In this document: positions 13,321 to 25,326 of the stretch, one piece after another | Layout: each line of letters starts with the position of its first letter | Position numbering within the stretch: position 1 is the stretch's first letter | From: Camelus ferus | Lineage: Eukaryota | Direction of reading: 5' to 3' | Length of the DNA: 64,000 nt | Assembly (NCBI RefSeq): GCF_009834535.1 | Contig: NC_045697.1 | Location: 114,826,001 to 114,890,000 of the forward strand | The notes under the pieces: model-generated | What the model was told of the DNA's origin: nothing | The model's database searches: none | What the model saw: the letters and a program-made list of their open reading frames with translations, nothing else | Program-made: the position numbers and the translations under genes

Positions 13321-13462
13321 AGGGACCATAGGTCCGGGTGGGCCAAGACAGTTCTGGACTAAGCCCGTGGCTCCAGGGTCCCCATCTGGTTACTGTCTTG
13401 GACCCACCAGCTTTCAGCCTGAAAAGTGCTGTGGTGTGAACACAGGTTTGCATTGTCTTTCC
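13321..13462. mobile_element. hAT-Blackjack MITE remnant (MER94/MER81-like)
   Basis: AGGGACCATAGGTCCGGGTGGGCCAAGACAGTTCTGG resembles the AGGGTGACCATATGTCCCGGTTTGCCCGGGACAGTCCCGG terminus. Confidence 0.45.
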
Positions 13463-14359
13463 TGCCAGAAACACCACCTCTGCTCTTCCCCAGGGAGTAG
13501 GTAGCATCTGACAATTTCTGAGCATAATGTCAAATCCATTCATTTGTTTATTAAATAGTGATCTGGAGAACTGTTTTCATATAAAATGGGGATAATGGAT
13601 TTCAAACGGGACCTCTTTTACTTTCAACAATTTCCCTTTTCAACTGAAAGAAAAAGGGGCAGGAAGAAGTTTTTCCTTGTGTTGTATATGCTTCGTTATT
13701 GGTAGGAAAAATCCCTATAAAGTTCAGAGGCATGTATTCCTATTAATTGTTCAGCTATTTAAATGTTTATGTTATCAGGCATGCTGAAAAAGAGATTAAT
13801 AATCATGAAAAATCTTGGACATCAAGTATATTTAAATTTTAGTTTTGAAATGTTGATATTGATAGTCATAAAAAAGGGACATTTTCTTAAATTAATAAAG
13901 ACTCTTACTTCATTTCAAAAGATAGTTACTACTATAATATTTCAAATGTATATAATATTACAAAGCACATCATTGATTATATATGGTATAATGTCAAATA
14001 AAAAGCTATAGCCAGCTATCTTTATATAAAATACTATTTTAAAATATACCACAAAATTTAACTCTGTAATTCCAAAAATTGGATAGTTTTCATGTAGGTG
14101 TCTAATAAAATGTGTTATTTGACCATTAGGAAAACTATGGTTATACAAGATCAAAACATTTTAAATGACAAATGGTACGATTACTGTTAACATTCAATGA
14201 TACTGAATTAAATATTTCATTTAGGCATTTCTGAAACATGTTTAATATCTTTGGTCTTTGGTTGAATAATATATTTTATTTTCCACTAAAAAGTTTTTCT
14301 TTTGGCTACTTATGTGTCCAAATCTGTGAAACCAGACTGGCCTGAATTTATAAGAGTTC

Positions 14360-14894
14360 TATTACCAAGTCCAAGCTCATACTGCTCACTGCAGGACAGG
14401 CCAGTACACTGAGATGAGTTGTTGGGGCAAGGAATAGTAACCTTATTCTGAAAGACAGCAGAGTGAGAAGATGGCAGACTAATGTCTCAGAGAACCATGT
14501 TCCCTGAATCACAATTCAGGCCCTTTTCATACTAAAAAGGGGAGAAGGTACGCTTGGTTGTTGCAGACTTCTTGGTGTCAGACTCCTTTGTTCTTGAAAT
14601 CCTTTGTTCTTGTAACAGTTCACGTGGGTCAGGTCATGATGTCCCTGTAAACCACCAAGGAAACAAGTGTTACTTTCTATTCTGCAGTTTATTATCTTTA
14701 TATGAATGGAAAAGTGTTAATATCCTTAAAGGTCAGAGCCTTGAGGATGGGTTGTCCTGTCTATTTCAGGCTCCAGGCAACATTCTTTTACAAAAGGTGC
14801 AGAACCAGCGTGACTGAGCCCAGGAAACAGAGCCCAGGGTGAGAGCCAGAGGAACAGATCTAATGTGGAGTCAGATTTGTTCTTCTCTAGCACA
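14360..14894 (-). mobile_element. ERV1-like solo LTR, family A, copy 1
   Basis: Full-length homology to 44947-45461 (same strand) and to 46498-47031 and 49467-49983 (opposite strand). Confidence 0.92.
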
Positions 14895-15283
14895 GCACAA
14901 GGGACTTCACAACACGGCAGTCAGAGAGTCAGTGGAGCTGCCAACCTGGGAGATGAACGTGGCCAAGTCTTGCCTTTAACTCAAACCAGGCTGCAGTCAG
15001 TGGGGATGGCTTATAACCTGATTAAACACTGCATGCCGTGTGGACTGATGCTCTGTCTTCACTACAGTTGCTCAAAACTTCGGTCTTTGAAAGTACAAGG
15101 GAACATTTTTCACATGCTTATCTACTCAGTAAGTAACCAGAGCTGTTCTGATAGAAGTCAGGGTCATAAAGAAAATTAGCCTCTGAATACATAAGATATC
15201 CCAATTACCCAAATATTTTTCCCCAGGTTAAAGAAAAAAAAAGTCTGTTAATTTTTCTACCTATACCTATAGGTATGGACCAC

Positions 15284-15286
<3 letters not shown>

Positions 15287-15336
<50 letters not shown>
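15287..15336. repeat. (TG)25 microsatellite
   Basis: Perfect dinucleotide run. Confidence 0.98.
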
Positions 15337-15338
<2 letters not shown>

Positions 15339-16432
15339 GGGTATATACTCAGTTTCTACTTATTTTACTATACATGATATTACTTTCCATGAGTTTTGAA
15401 GTTGTTTCTCTTCTCTCCCCATTCCCTGAGTCCTGTCACATTTCTTCTTGCATATTGGCTCTGATATCCTCAGCTTAGGTTTTCCTGTTCCTGTGGTGCC
15501 ACCGAAAAGGTCCCACCCCACATCCTTGTCCTCCTCCTGTCCCTTTCGCAGCAATGTTCTACCCTTCCTTGTTATTCAGTGTTTTTTGATGGAGGGCAGT
15601 GGTGGAGGAATTCTCTGTTTTTCTGAGCAAGTTACATCATAGGCAGGCATGGAGTCCCTGGTCTTATGGATGGTGGTCCCCTAGCCGTCTTGGCCCTCTC
15701 AGATGGTATTTCTAGCTGTAGTGCACATCCCTGCCTCTCTCCTACAAGTTCAATGTTTGATATTTTAGACAGCTCTTTGCCCCAGCTGCACAGAGCCCTA
15801 AGGACCACCGGGTTTGTTACCTTCCTTCAATAAAAGTAAGGCTTTTATTCCATAGGATAAATGGGGAAGAACCATTCAAGCTGACTTTCCTGAAGCTCCC
15901 TCATTGGTTACTGTTCCCCTCCTCCAGGTCTAAAACACAAAGAATGTTTTCTTTGAACAGTGAGCAACTGGGTTTAATCATGGGAATTAACTTTACCTTT
16001 ATATTCCAAATCAGAAACATTGCTCAATTTTGAAATATAGGCATCCATTAGCTATCCATCACAGATAGTTATCAAGCAAAAAATAGAGCTGATATTTGTG
16101 CTGCATAAAGAATTCAAAAATATTACTTAATTGAAAGACAATAGATGAATATTTCCAAACTACTCTATTAAGGAAAATTGTTTTGAAGAAATAGGAAGTA
16201 TGAATTATAGGCAAAAATAGGCTGTGTTTTGATAATTTAATTACATGAAAAAAGTAAAAGGCATCACCATGCTACCGTTTCTATCCTTTATTGAAAACAA
16301 AAAAGTAAATAAAATATCTACTTTTCCCATAGGTACTAGAGTCATATTTAAATATGACTTGTGCATCCTAAAGAAATCTTGTCACCGGGCTTTCCAAAAA
16401 TTTTGTCTTGAGAGAATGCACAGAAGTCTCTG

Positions 16433-16875
16433 TGAATTGGGAGGAAAGGGGGAGGGCACAACCATCGAAGGAATGACACAGCCATTGAGGACAGGACAGA
16501 CAGGCTGAAACCAAGATGGCAGAAGATTCAACTTTCAGTAGACCTTGAGCCTCATGGCACATCCACAGGTGCCATGACAGTGCCTGTAGGTTGACCATAA
16601 AAGGTCCAAAAATAAGTGGAGGGGCACATTTCCTGGAAATCCTCACCCCTTCCCCAAAGTAGTTGGAATAATCTTCCTACTCATTAGCATATGCAATTAC
16701 AGAACCAATAAAACCTAATGGCTCCACACCTTGTGGTCACTGTCTCTCGCCTTCTGAGTTGGCCCTCATTCTGCCTGTGGAGTGTGTATCTCTCTAAATA
16801 AACTTGCTTTTACTTCACCATGCTTTGTTCTTGAATTCTTTCTTGAGCAAGGCAAGAACCTATTCTCCCACAACA
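16433..16875 (+). mobile_element. ERV1-like solo LTR, family B
   Basis: TG...CA termini, perfect TSD TCTG (16429-16432 / 16876-16879), AATAAA at ~16797. Confidence 0.9.
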
Positions 16876-16889
16876 TCTGTAAAAATTAT

Positions 16890-17300
16890 TTATTTTACTC
16901 AATATGTACTGAACAAATATTTAGTGAGAGACAACTGTAAGTCACCTGTTCACCAGGTAGAGGGTTAGATCAGTGAACGCCAACAACAAAAGTCAAAGTC
17001 TTGACCCTTACATAACTTACCATATTCTAGTTGAAGGAAAGGAAGAAACAAGCAAATGCAGACTATGATGTCAGGTGTTGATGACAACTATGAGGAAGGG
17101 CAAAGTGGAGTGAGAAGAGACAACATGCTGAATGAGAGGGGGTTCTATTTTAGACACAGTGATGACCAACGCCCCCATGCTCCCCAGAGACTCTGAGGAG
17201 TTGGCATTTGAAGAGACATGAATCCACTGAGAGACTAGACCAGGGAATCTTTTGAAGGACTGTTGCAAGACAGAGGGTCCAAGTGCAATGAGATGGTGAG
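16890..17300 (-). mobile_element. L2 3' end remnant
   Basis: AACAAATATTTAGTGAG, CAGTGAAC...CTTACCATATTCTAG and GAGTTGGCATTTGAAGAGACATGAA fit the antisense L2a 3' pattern. Confidence 0.65.
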
Positions 17301-17656
17301 GTGAATGTAAAAAGAATGTGAGGAAAGAAGGATTTTAGAAAATGAAATACTCTCTAAAATAAAATATTAACTCGATCTTTATAACAACCCTAAAACTATT
17401 ACTTGCAAATGAGAAAACGCAGGCACGTTAGTAATAAGCAAGAGATCATTCATCTTGTAAATGTCTGAGTTTTGACTCAATTTCATAGTTTCAATATTGG
17501 CTCCAACGCTATAGATTATTCACCTCTGTTCATTCTTTTCTTTCACCACTCACTGTTTTGTAAGGTCCCTGGTTTCTTGGAGCCCCCAGCACTAAGCTCA
17601 TTACTTTCATATACCTGAAATATATTCCATATTTATTGCACTCTGTTCAATAACTT

Positions 17657-17830
17657 TGGACCTAAGTAAGACCCTGTGTGCCCTCCTGGTCACAAAGCCT
17701 TTCTGTGGTGTCCCCAGATTCTGATTTGCAGGATGAAGGCTCCAACCTCTTACACTTCCCTGAGTTCCAAGGGGCAGATTCAAACCGTTGCCCATCAGGG
17801 CAACATCTAGACACCCTTTCAGGTACACAG
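17657..17830 (+). mobile_element. 5' fragment of an LTR related to 28155-28781
   Basis: GACCTAAGTAAGACCCTGTG...TTCCCTGAGTTCCAAGGGGCAGATT parallels AAACCAAGCAGGACTC...TTCCCCAAGTTCTAAAGAGCAAATT. Confidence 0.55.
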
Positions 17831-18633
17831 ATGTATCTGGGACCCTTGTTCCCCTTCCACTAAACTAGCATTTTCTTTCTCATCTGAAACTGATATGTCT
17901 CCCTGACTACAATATATATATTTTTAATCACCTCATATCTTCTATTTTAAAATTTTTTTGATTACATTTCTTGTTTCTATTTATTTTAAGAAGAAAATGG
18001 GAGTTTCCCAAATTCATTATTTTGACAAATGAGAAAAAAATTCTTGGGTAGAAGTTTAAATATTAGATTTATGTTTGATGTCTTTAGCATTATGGGAAAA
18101 GAGGAAACACACATTCATATAGTTCATTGTTCCTCAGATTAAAAAAATTTAAGGTAAAATATACGTTCCGGTGTTGTACTTCCTTTAAGGTCTATATTTC
18201 ATAGGCAATAAATGGGGAGTGGCAGACAGGAGGAAGACACTATGAAATGCTGTGAGGTCAGGACCAAATGTTAGGAGACGCTATAAAGCCATCTTTGAAG
18301 GATGATAAATGAAAAATGAAATTTGGTTTAGGCTGGGTAAACCCTGGCTTAAAAGGAAAATGGTTTGGTTTAGAAAAACCACTGAAGCATGTCTGTGCTG
18401 TGTGATAATAAGGTTCTGAAATGCAGTTGGCCAAGGGACATGGAAGAGACAGTTTTCCAAAGCTCAGAAAATGCTACTGCCTACGGGTTTCAGTCTCTTA
18501 ATCTAGATGGTGGATTTTTAATCTCGATTGTGAGAAAAAGCGAGAAGCAAAAGTTGATGCTATATTTCTATCTCAACTGACAGGAAGGTGAAATAAATTA
18601 AATGTCTCACCTGGTTTCCCAACATACACATAG

Positions 18634-19108
18634 TTTTTTTTGTTTGTTTTGTTTTGTTCTTGTTTTTAATTTTTTTATTGAAGTATAGTTGATTTAATAT
18701 GTTGTGTTAGTTTCTGGTGTACAATGTGGTGATTCAGTTATACATACATAGGTTCTTTTTCAGATTCTTTTTTCATTATAGGTTATTATGAACTATTGAA
18801 TATAGTTCCCTGTGCTATATGGTGGGATCTTGTTGCTTATCATAAAAAAAAGAATGAAATAAGGCCATTTGCAGCAACATGGATGGACCTACAGATGATC
18901 ATACTAAGTGAAGTCAGTCAAACTGAGTAAGACAAATACCATATGATGACACTTATATGTGGAATATAAAAACAAAAAAAGACACAAATTAACTTACTTA
19001 CAAAACAGAAACTGGCTCACAGGCATAGAAAACAAACTAACAGTTACTGGGGGAAAAGGGGCTGGGAGGGAGAAATTAAGATTTGGGGAGTCCCAGATAC
19101 AAACACTA
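18634..19108 (-). mobile_element. Lineage-specific L1 3' end with 5' inversion (18634-18841 antisense, 18842-19108 sense)
   Basis: Poly-T tail and antisense 3' UTR, then an abrupt switch to sense AAAGAATGAAATAAGGCCATTTGCAGCAACATGGATGGACC. Confidence 0.9.
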
Positions 19109-19698
19109 AATTTTAATGTAACAGTCAATCACCTAACTCTATTCACTCCTGCTAACTACTAACTATTAATATCACTTGTGCCAATCATAACCCTGCCAAA
19201 ACTTCACGTAGACATCGGGTAAGAAGTAGTACACATTTATGCTTCTTTATATACACACGTGCATATAAAATAGGGTTGGAGGCTGTTTTCTTAGTAGTAG
19301 TAAGAAAACAAAACACAACAATGTATTAAACAATGAGTGTTACATCTTCCCCACCCAATATCATCCACACTATAATCAGTGGGACATCGGTTAACCGCTG
19401 CTATGTTAACACACCAGTGCAAAACTTGAGGGGTTAACACAATGAACACTTATTTAGCTCGTGAGTCGCTGAGTCACTGTGAGCCTGGCAGGTCTGGGCT
19501 GGCCTGTGTCACACGCCTGCTGCAGTCAGCTTGAGGGGAGGTGGTGGGGAGGGCGTGTAGCTGCAAAAACTGACGAGTTTCAGCTTCTTTACATGGCTCT
19601 TTGACGGGTCGTGGCTGAGATGGATCGGCAGACTGACCCCTGGCTCTGCTCCATTCAGTCTGTCATCTTCCCAGAATCTAGTCTGGCTGCATTCGTGT

Positions 19699-20633
19699 CG
19701 TGAAAAAGAACCCACAAGTCCAAAATGGTGCCACTTGTGCTAAAGCCCAGGATAGCAAACCTGGACTTAATACCTGACTTAACTGCAGTTTCAACCTGCC
19801 CAGAAAGGCGACCTTAACCAACCAGTTGGAATTTTGTGGTCCGCCCCAATGAGGTCATCTGTCATGAGGGCCCCTTCTATCCCCAGAGGAAGAAGAGGCT
19901 ATTCGCATGATAAAGCCCTAGCCCTTCCCTTCTTCCTCTCCACCCTCATCCCCAAAGAAGATGTCCAGGCCTAAAAATAATTCTTTTATTTTGTTAATAG
20001 CTCCCTTGCCCACTCTTCTTCCTGTAAAAACCTTCCATTTTGTACAACTCCTTGGAGCTCCTGTCTAGTTTCTAGGTAAAATGTTGCCTGGTTCATGAAT
20101 TCTTGAATTAAGGTAATTAGAGCTTCCAATTTACTTGGTTGTGAGGCAGGGAGGAAGGGACAGGGCACAACCATTAAAACAATGACACAGCCATTGAGGA
20201 TAAGACATAAGCTGGTTAGAACCAACCTAGTAGATCCTTAGCCTCATGCCCTCATTACAATAAAATCAGCCTTGCAGATAAGAAGAACCCATCATACACC
20301 AACACCATGACACTTCCAAACCAGCCTAAATAAGGACAAAAAAAAAAAATCTCTCCTCCCTTTGGGAAGGTGGAGTTGGGATGAAAATCAGAAAATACAA
20401 CCCAAACCCTTTCCTCCTCAATGAATTTTTCACCCATTCATTTTTACACTCTGTGTAGCCAACTTGCCACAAAAACTCAGGGCAGCTCCTCACCTGAGTC
20501 TCTCGCACTGGGAGCATCCTATCACTTAATCCTCACTTTACCTTCTTGTCCTCCATGTCTCATTTCTGAATTCTTTCTGCAACTAGACAAGAATGAACTC
20601 TCCAGTAACAGTTGGATTTTTCTTTTTCTAACA
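19699..20633 (+). mobile_element. ERV1-like solo LTR (middle layer; pieces 19699-20141 and 20611-20633)
   Basis: CAAAATGGTGCCACTTGTGCTAAAGCCC near the start, ends ...TTTCTAACA; TSD GTGT at 19695-19698 / 20634-20637. Confidence 0.8.
20142..20610 (+). mobile_element. ERV1-like solo LTR, mosaic of family B (5') and family C (3'); innermost layer
   Basis: TG...CA termini with perfect TSD GTTG (20138-20141 / 20611-20614). Confidence 0.92.
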
Positions 20634-21936
20634 GTGTGGAGGTTTCAGGAGTCCAAGAAAAAGCAAGCAGAGACATGCAAGTCCTCCTGAGTCTGAAAGA
20701 GGAAGTCATATGACATTATTGGCCTCTCTTTTAGCCAAAGCCAGCCACGATACCAGCTCAAAGTCAAGGAGTACGGCGAGATTCTCTACCTCTTAAAAAA
20801 AAAAAAGACCTACCAAGTCACTCTCCAAAGTGCATAGACATAAAGAAGCATGCATAATGGTGGCTAGTTTTTCAATCTACCAGAGTTGGCCTTACATAAT
20901 TGTAGAGAAACTATTAGCAACTTTCCTTAGGCACTTGCTGCTCTGAGGTTTCCCTTAAAGAATCAAGAGACTTTTGTCTAGCTCATTATAATATTAGAAG
21001 CAATGCATCATATTAAGTTTCCATTTGCCTGCATATACTTTGATTCTTTTTTTTTTTTCTGCCACCTCTGTGGCATACCTAACAACTTGTAACCTTGGGC
21101 TTTGTCTCCTCTGGATGTTACTAATCTGCAATAAAGTGTGCTCATTACTACCCTAATGCAGCAGTTAATTGAATTTCAGTACTAGTCTAATCCAACCAAG
21201 GTCATCTTAAGTCAACCTCTATTTTGACAAGAATCTATTAGCATCAAGAAACATCAAGCTGTTAATAGCTATATTTTAAGTTCGGTTATTTTCATTTTTT
21301 TCTCTCTCCTTACATCTTAGTAAATGGAAACACATATCAAACCTTACAGTTATGAATTAGAATGTCTTTCCTAGTAAATGACTTATTGATGCTGAAGTGA
21401 TTAACCTTTCATTAAAATTTGATATAAAATTCTTCCATCCATATATCTATGTTTATTACTCAAGCCCCAAAGGAAAATACATCAAATATAGGACAGCTTG
21501 GTGTTTTTTTTGAACACTTTTGCATCTCAAAGACTCATAAAATCTGGGATTTTCTGATTCCTCTTCCACTCTATCTACTTAATCATAAAAAGGAGCAGTT
21601 TCCATAAATGAACACACACTTTCTTGAACTGCATCCTATGCCAACCTTTAGGACAGATACATGACATTAACTAAGGTGACATTCTATAATTCCCATGTAA
21701 CGTCTAAATCGAGAAGCAAAAGTGAAACTTTTATTTTGTTTTTTAATTGGAAAATATATTTGTTAATTTTGAAAAGAAAGTTATATCTGTACTATTGATG
21801 TCTAGCTTAATTTAACTATGATTTCAGAACATATTTATAATCTCACACTTAAACATTATTTAAATTTATGCTATGTTTGAAGAGATCATCAATTTTATAA
21901 ATTTTTCTTTTGTAGTTTCAAAGTATATATATATAT

Positions 21937-22000
21937 TTTTTAATGAAGTACAGTCAGTCACAATGTGTCAGTTTCTGATGTGGCATATAATATTTTAGTT
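21937..22000 (-). mobile_element. Very short L1 3' end
   Basis: TTTTTAATGAAGTACAGTCAGTCACAATGTGTCAGTTTCTG matches the L1 terminus seen at 55568-55787 and 37441-37517. Confidence 0.75.
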
Positions 22001-22931
22001 TTGAATCAACATAGTGCATAACTTTGTATATCTTTTTGTATATCTCTGACATAGTCGGCACATATTGCATAAGGGACCTATTTTTTTAGGAACTGGATGT
22101 AAAGGCGGTGTCACAACTTCAGTGACTAAGAGAAGGTATGTGTCTCCATCTGAAGGAGCCTTTCAAAGCCTCTGCCTACATAGTCCTTCAGATCCTCAGG
22201 GGTTGAGGTCCTCTGATCACAACACAGCTGTTAACTAACACAGTCATCACCTTTTACCTTGTCTTCTGCTTTGACTCCGGTTATCTTTGATGAAATTCAC
22301 TCTAAAAGCCAGCCAACTCCCTAGCTAATATTCAGCAGGCTAAAGACGTTCCAAACTGTCTGCAGCGCTTGCTGTGCTGTTTCTGTTGCCGGTGCCAGGG
22401 CAGTGCCGGTGATGCCGGATGATGTCCACTAAAGTGCGATTAGATCAACATCAGGCTCCTGGGAATCTGCTTCACTGATAGGAACAGAATCCCTTCCCCT
22501 CTGCTCTAAGCCATTACGTTAGTTAAAAACAAAGCTGTTTTATTTGCAAAGACTTTAGAGAATTTGCAGTGCTATCAGCATTTTTAAAAAACAACCAAAA
22601 AAAGAAAATCTCAACTCTGGTCCTCTCTCTCTGCCTTCCCAGTCCCTCTGCCTGCTCCTCCGAGTTCTTTACAGAAATGAGGCTGGACCTGAGAACAATC
22701 TGAGTTTGGGACACCATGCTGTACTTGGATACAATAACCGATAACCATTGTTAAATTAAGAAACTACTAGGTGCATGGTTTTCTTCCCAGGTGATTTCCT
22801 AGACTTTGCCAGTTATAAAACCTAGGTGACTTAAGATAATCGCAATGAGTTTTGGGAATATATTAACTTTTCACGTCTTGATCGTGAAAATGAGTTTATG
22901 GCAACTCTTGAAACAACATTCCATTAGGAAT

Positions 22932-23277
22932 TTCTTCCAGCTTTATTGAGATATAATCGACATAAAACTTGTGCAAGTTTAAGGTGTAAAATGCAGTAAG
23001 TTGATATCTTTATATCTTGCAAAACGATTACCGCAATAAGGTTAAGTAACACATTCATCACCGCATATGGTTACTTCTTTGTGATAAGAACATTTAAGAT
23101 CTTCTTTCTTAGCAACCTGTAAGTATATAATACAGTGTTGTTAACTGTAGTCACCTTGCTGTAAATGAGAGCCCCGGGACTTATTCACCTTTTAACCTAC
23201 CCTTTGACCACCATCACCCATTTCCCCCTACCCCTAGCCTCTGGCAACCTCCACTCTACTCTTTGTTTGGATGAATT
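22932..23277 (-). mobile_element. L1MA-like 3' end with TSD
   Basis: CAGCTTTATTGAGATATAAT...CCTCTGGCAACC; TSD TTCCATTAGGAAT / TTCCATTAGCAAT (12/13). Confidence 0.88.
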
Positions 23278-23764
23278 TTCCATTAGCAATGTTTTAAGCT
23301 GATGCCACATGTAGCAGGATTAGCCCTTCTGACCTGCAAAGTGAAGAATGAGGCTAAAAGTATTTGTTTCTCATTGTTGCACAAAGAATAGAAGGAGAGA
23401 AATAGTTGAACAAAGCATCATTAGGTCAAGTCGCAATTTCCAGCTATGGAATGCATTTATTTGATAATACATAATACCACTTGGAATCAAGTTTTTAATA
23501 TAAAATGAATGAGGAAAGATAATTACTTTTTTCTCAATAACTCAACATGAGTCTCTAGTCTGGAAGCATGCCAGGCAATGGGAACACAATAAAGGGCAAA
23601 ACAGATTTGGTTTCTGCCCTTCATGTACCTGTATCTTAACAGTAAAGACAGATATTAATGAAAATATCTTGACTATCATGAGTATATTTCATATATTTGG
23701 AAAGAGCAGATGGAGTAGAAGTGATTAATTGTGTAACAGGGATTAAATGTAGTCAGTAGAGTTA

Positions 23765-24300
23765 GTTCAGCATGACTTTCTCCCATACCGGGACATGAAA
23801 ACACAGCGAGTGGTCAAATACTTGGTTGTGACCAAAGAGGGATAGCCAGAAATTCCCTGAAATGTTTCAAATAGAATTAGAGTGCAATTACCTTTTTTTT
23901 CTTTCATCTTTGGTAGCGACTCTGAGTGTATCAACCCCAAAATTCCCGTGGTCCCTTGGAACACAATGGAAGACTCTGTGTCCTAGAAGAGAATGTAATT
24001 GATGTTGAGACATCAAGCTGATTCTGCAAATGTTGGAAAACCACAAACTGAACCACAAACTGATGAAATGCCAGTGCTGAAGTCAAGGAGGGAGGCTGGG
24101 ACACCACTGATGGAAGAGTTGACAGGAAGGGCAGACACTAGAGATGAAATCTGTTCCTCCTGCAGACTCTCTAGTGCCCCCTCGTGGCAGAGACTAGGAC
24201 ATTAGCACACTTTCAAAGCAAATATGTGCCTTGTGGAATCTCAGCCCCAACATCCTGAGGTTGAATGTATGAGGCAGAGAGACAAAACTTAAGGACTAAA
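23765..24300 (-). mobile_element. ERVL LTR, LTR41-like (left boundary uncertain)
   Basis: CTCTAGTGCCCCCTCGTGGCAGAGACTA...CAAAGCAAATATGTG...CAGCCCCAACATC...GAGAGACAAAACTTAA matches my recollection of antisense LTR41. Confidence 0.65.
24173..24188 (-). promoter_or_regulatory. Candidate CTCF-binding motif
   Basis: Reverse strand GCCACGAGGGGGCACT is close to the CTCF core CCAC(C/T)AG(G/A)GGGC(G/A)C. Confidence 0.5.
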
Positions 24301-24334
24301 TTAGTCCCTTAACTATTTTAGTAACTGAGCAAAT

Positions 24335-24540
24335 CCTGTGAAGTCCTCTTACACAGAAAACACCAGACCCAGACAGTTTTACAAGACAGTTCCAACAGCC
24401 AAAGGATTAAACACTGATAGAGAAAAGACAAAAAGGGAATTATTCCTTCTATGCTAATTCAGTTGGAATAATCTGGATAGTAAAGCCAGACAAGGCCAGT
24501 ATGAGAAAAGAAAAATCACAGCCTTAAATCTAACTTAAAA
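24335..24540 (+). mobile_element. Old L1 ORF2 fragment
   Basis: AGAAAACACCAGACCCAGACAGTTTTACA...AAAGCCAGACAAGG...AGAAAAGAAAAATCACAG. Confidence 0.65.
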
Positions 24541-24699
24541 AAAATTTTTTTTGACGTGGAGAGAACATGATAATGAAAACAAAAGGGTTGGCAAAAGGGG
24601 GAATTGAAATCACAAAACAGTTCCTGGTCCACAGCAACAACAGAGTCAGCTGGTGGGGTCTGAAAACCTCCTTGACCTGGCCGCCGAGCAAGTGCTTCA

Positions 24700-24787
24700 T
24701 GCATCTGTTTCCTATTTCTGCTATAACAAATTTCCACAAATTTACTGGCTTAGGACAGTAGAAGTTATTCTTTCCCAGTTCTGGAGT
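24700..24787 (-). mobile_element. MLT1 LTR 3'-end fragment
   Basis: TTTCCTATTTCTGCTATAACAAATTTCCACAAATTTACTGGCTTA...CAGTTCTGGAG. Confidence 0.75.
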
Positions 24788-25326
24788 AATTTGTCAAACA
24801 TTAATAATAATATCGAAACTGAGTATCACACTGTTCCTCCTGGCATCCTCGAGGGCCTCATACCAAGAGCTCTCGTTTAAAATAAATGCCAACCCTGCAG
24901 CACAGATCATATTAAAAAGATGCTCTTCTAACTCTAGCCTATTACTTCAGGTAATTTTATTGCAACTACCAATAAAATAAGGGGGGAAATGATAGATTTA
25001 AGGCACTTTATAAGGCAGACTTAAGAACTTTGTCCAAAAAAAGAACAATGTGTTTGTTACTAATCCATGCTACCAGAAACATATTATTTTTTTTTCTTAG
25101 ATAATTTTTTTTTATATAATGGTTAATGACTCCAAGCCTGGTCTGAGTAAAAGGGTCCAGGCTCCCGAGCATGCATCAGAAGTCACAGGCGATGAAAAGT
25201 ACATCCTAAAGGAGAGTTCTCCAGCATCCACTAAGGTCAAAAGAAAGAAATGGCCAGGAAGACCTCTAAGAGGTCATGGATGACAGTGGGAAAAGGGGTT
25301 CTTCCCAGAGAACAGAAGCAGGGTCT

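Larger units (their letters stand above)
19372..20884 (-). mobile_element. MaLR LTR (MLT1F/H-like) split by nested LTRs (pieces ~19372-19698 and 20634-20884)
   Basis: Antisense MLT1 landmarks lie on both sides (ACTTATTTAGCTC...; GCCAAAGCCAGCCAC...CAGCTCAAGTCAAGGAG...CAATCTACCAGA) and rejoin across GTGT. Confidence 0.7.

Noticed and set aside
15275..15478. Cys/Val-repeat peptide
   Set aside because: It is simply the translation of the (TG)25 microsatellite.
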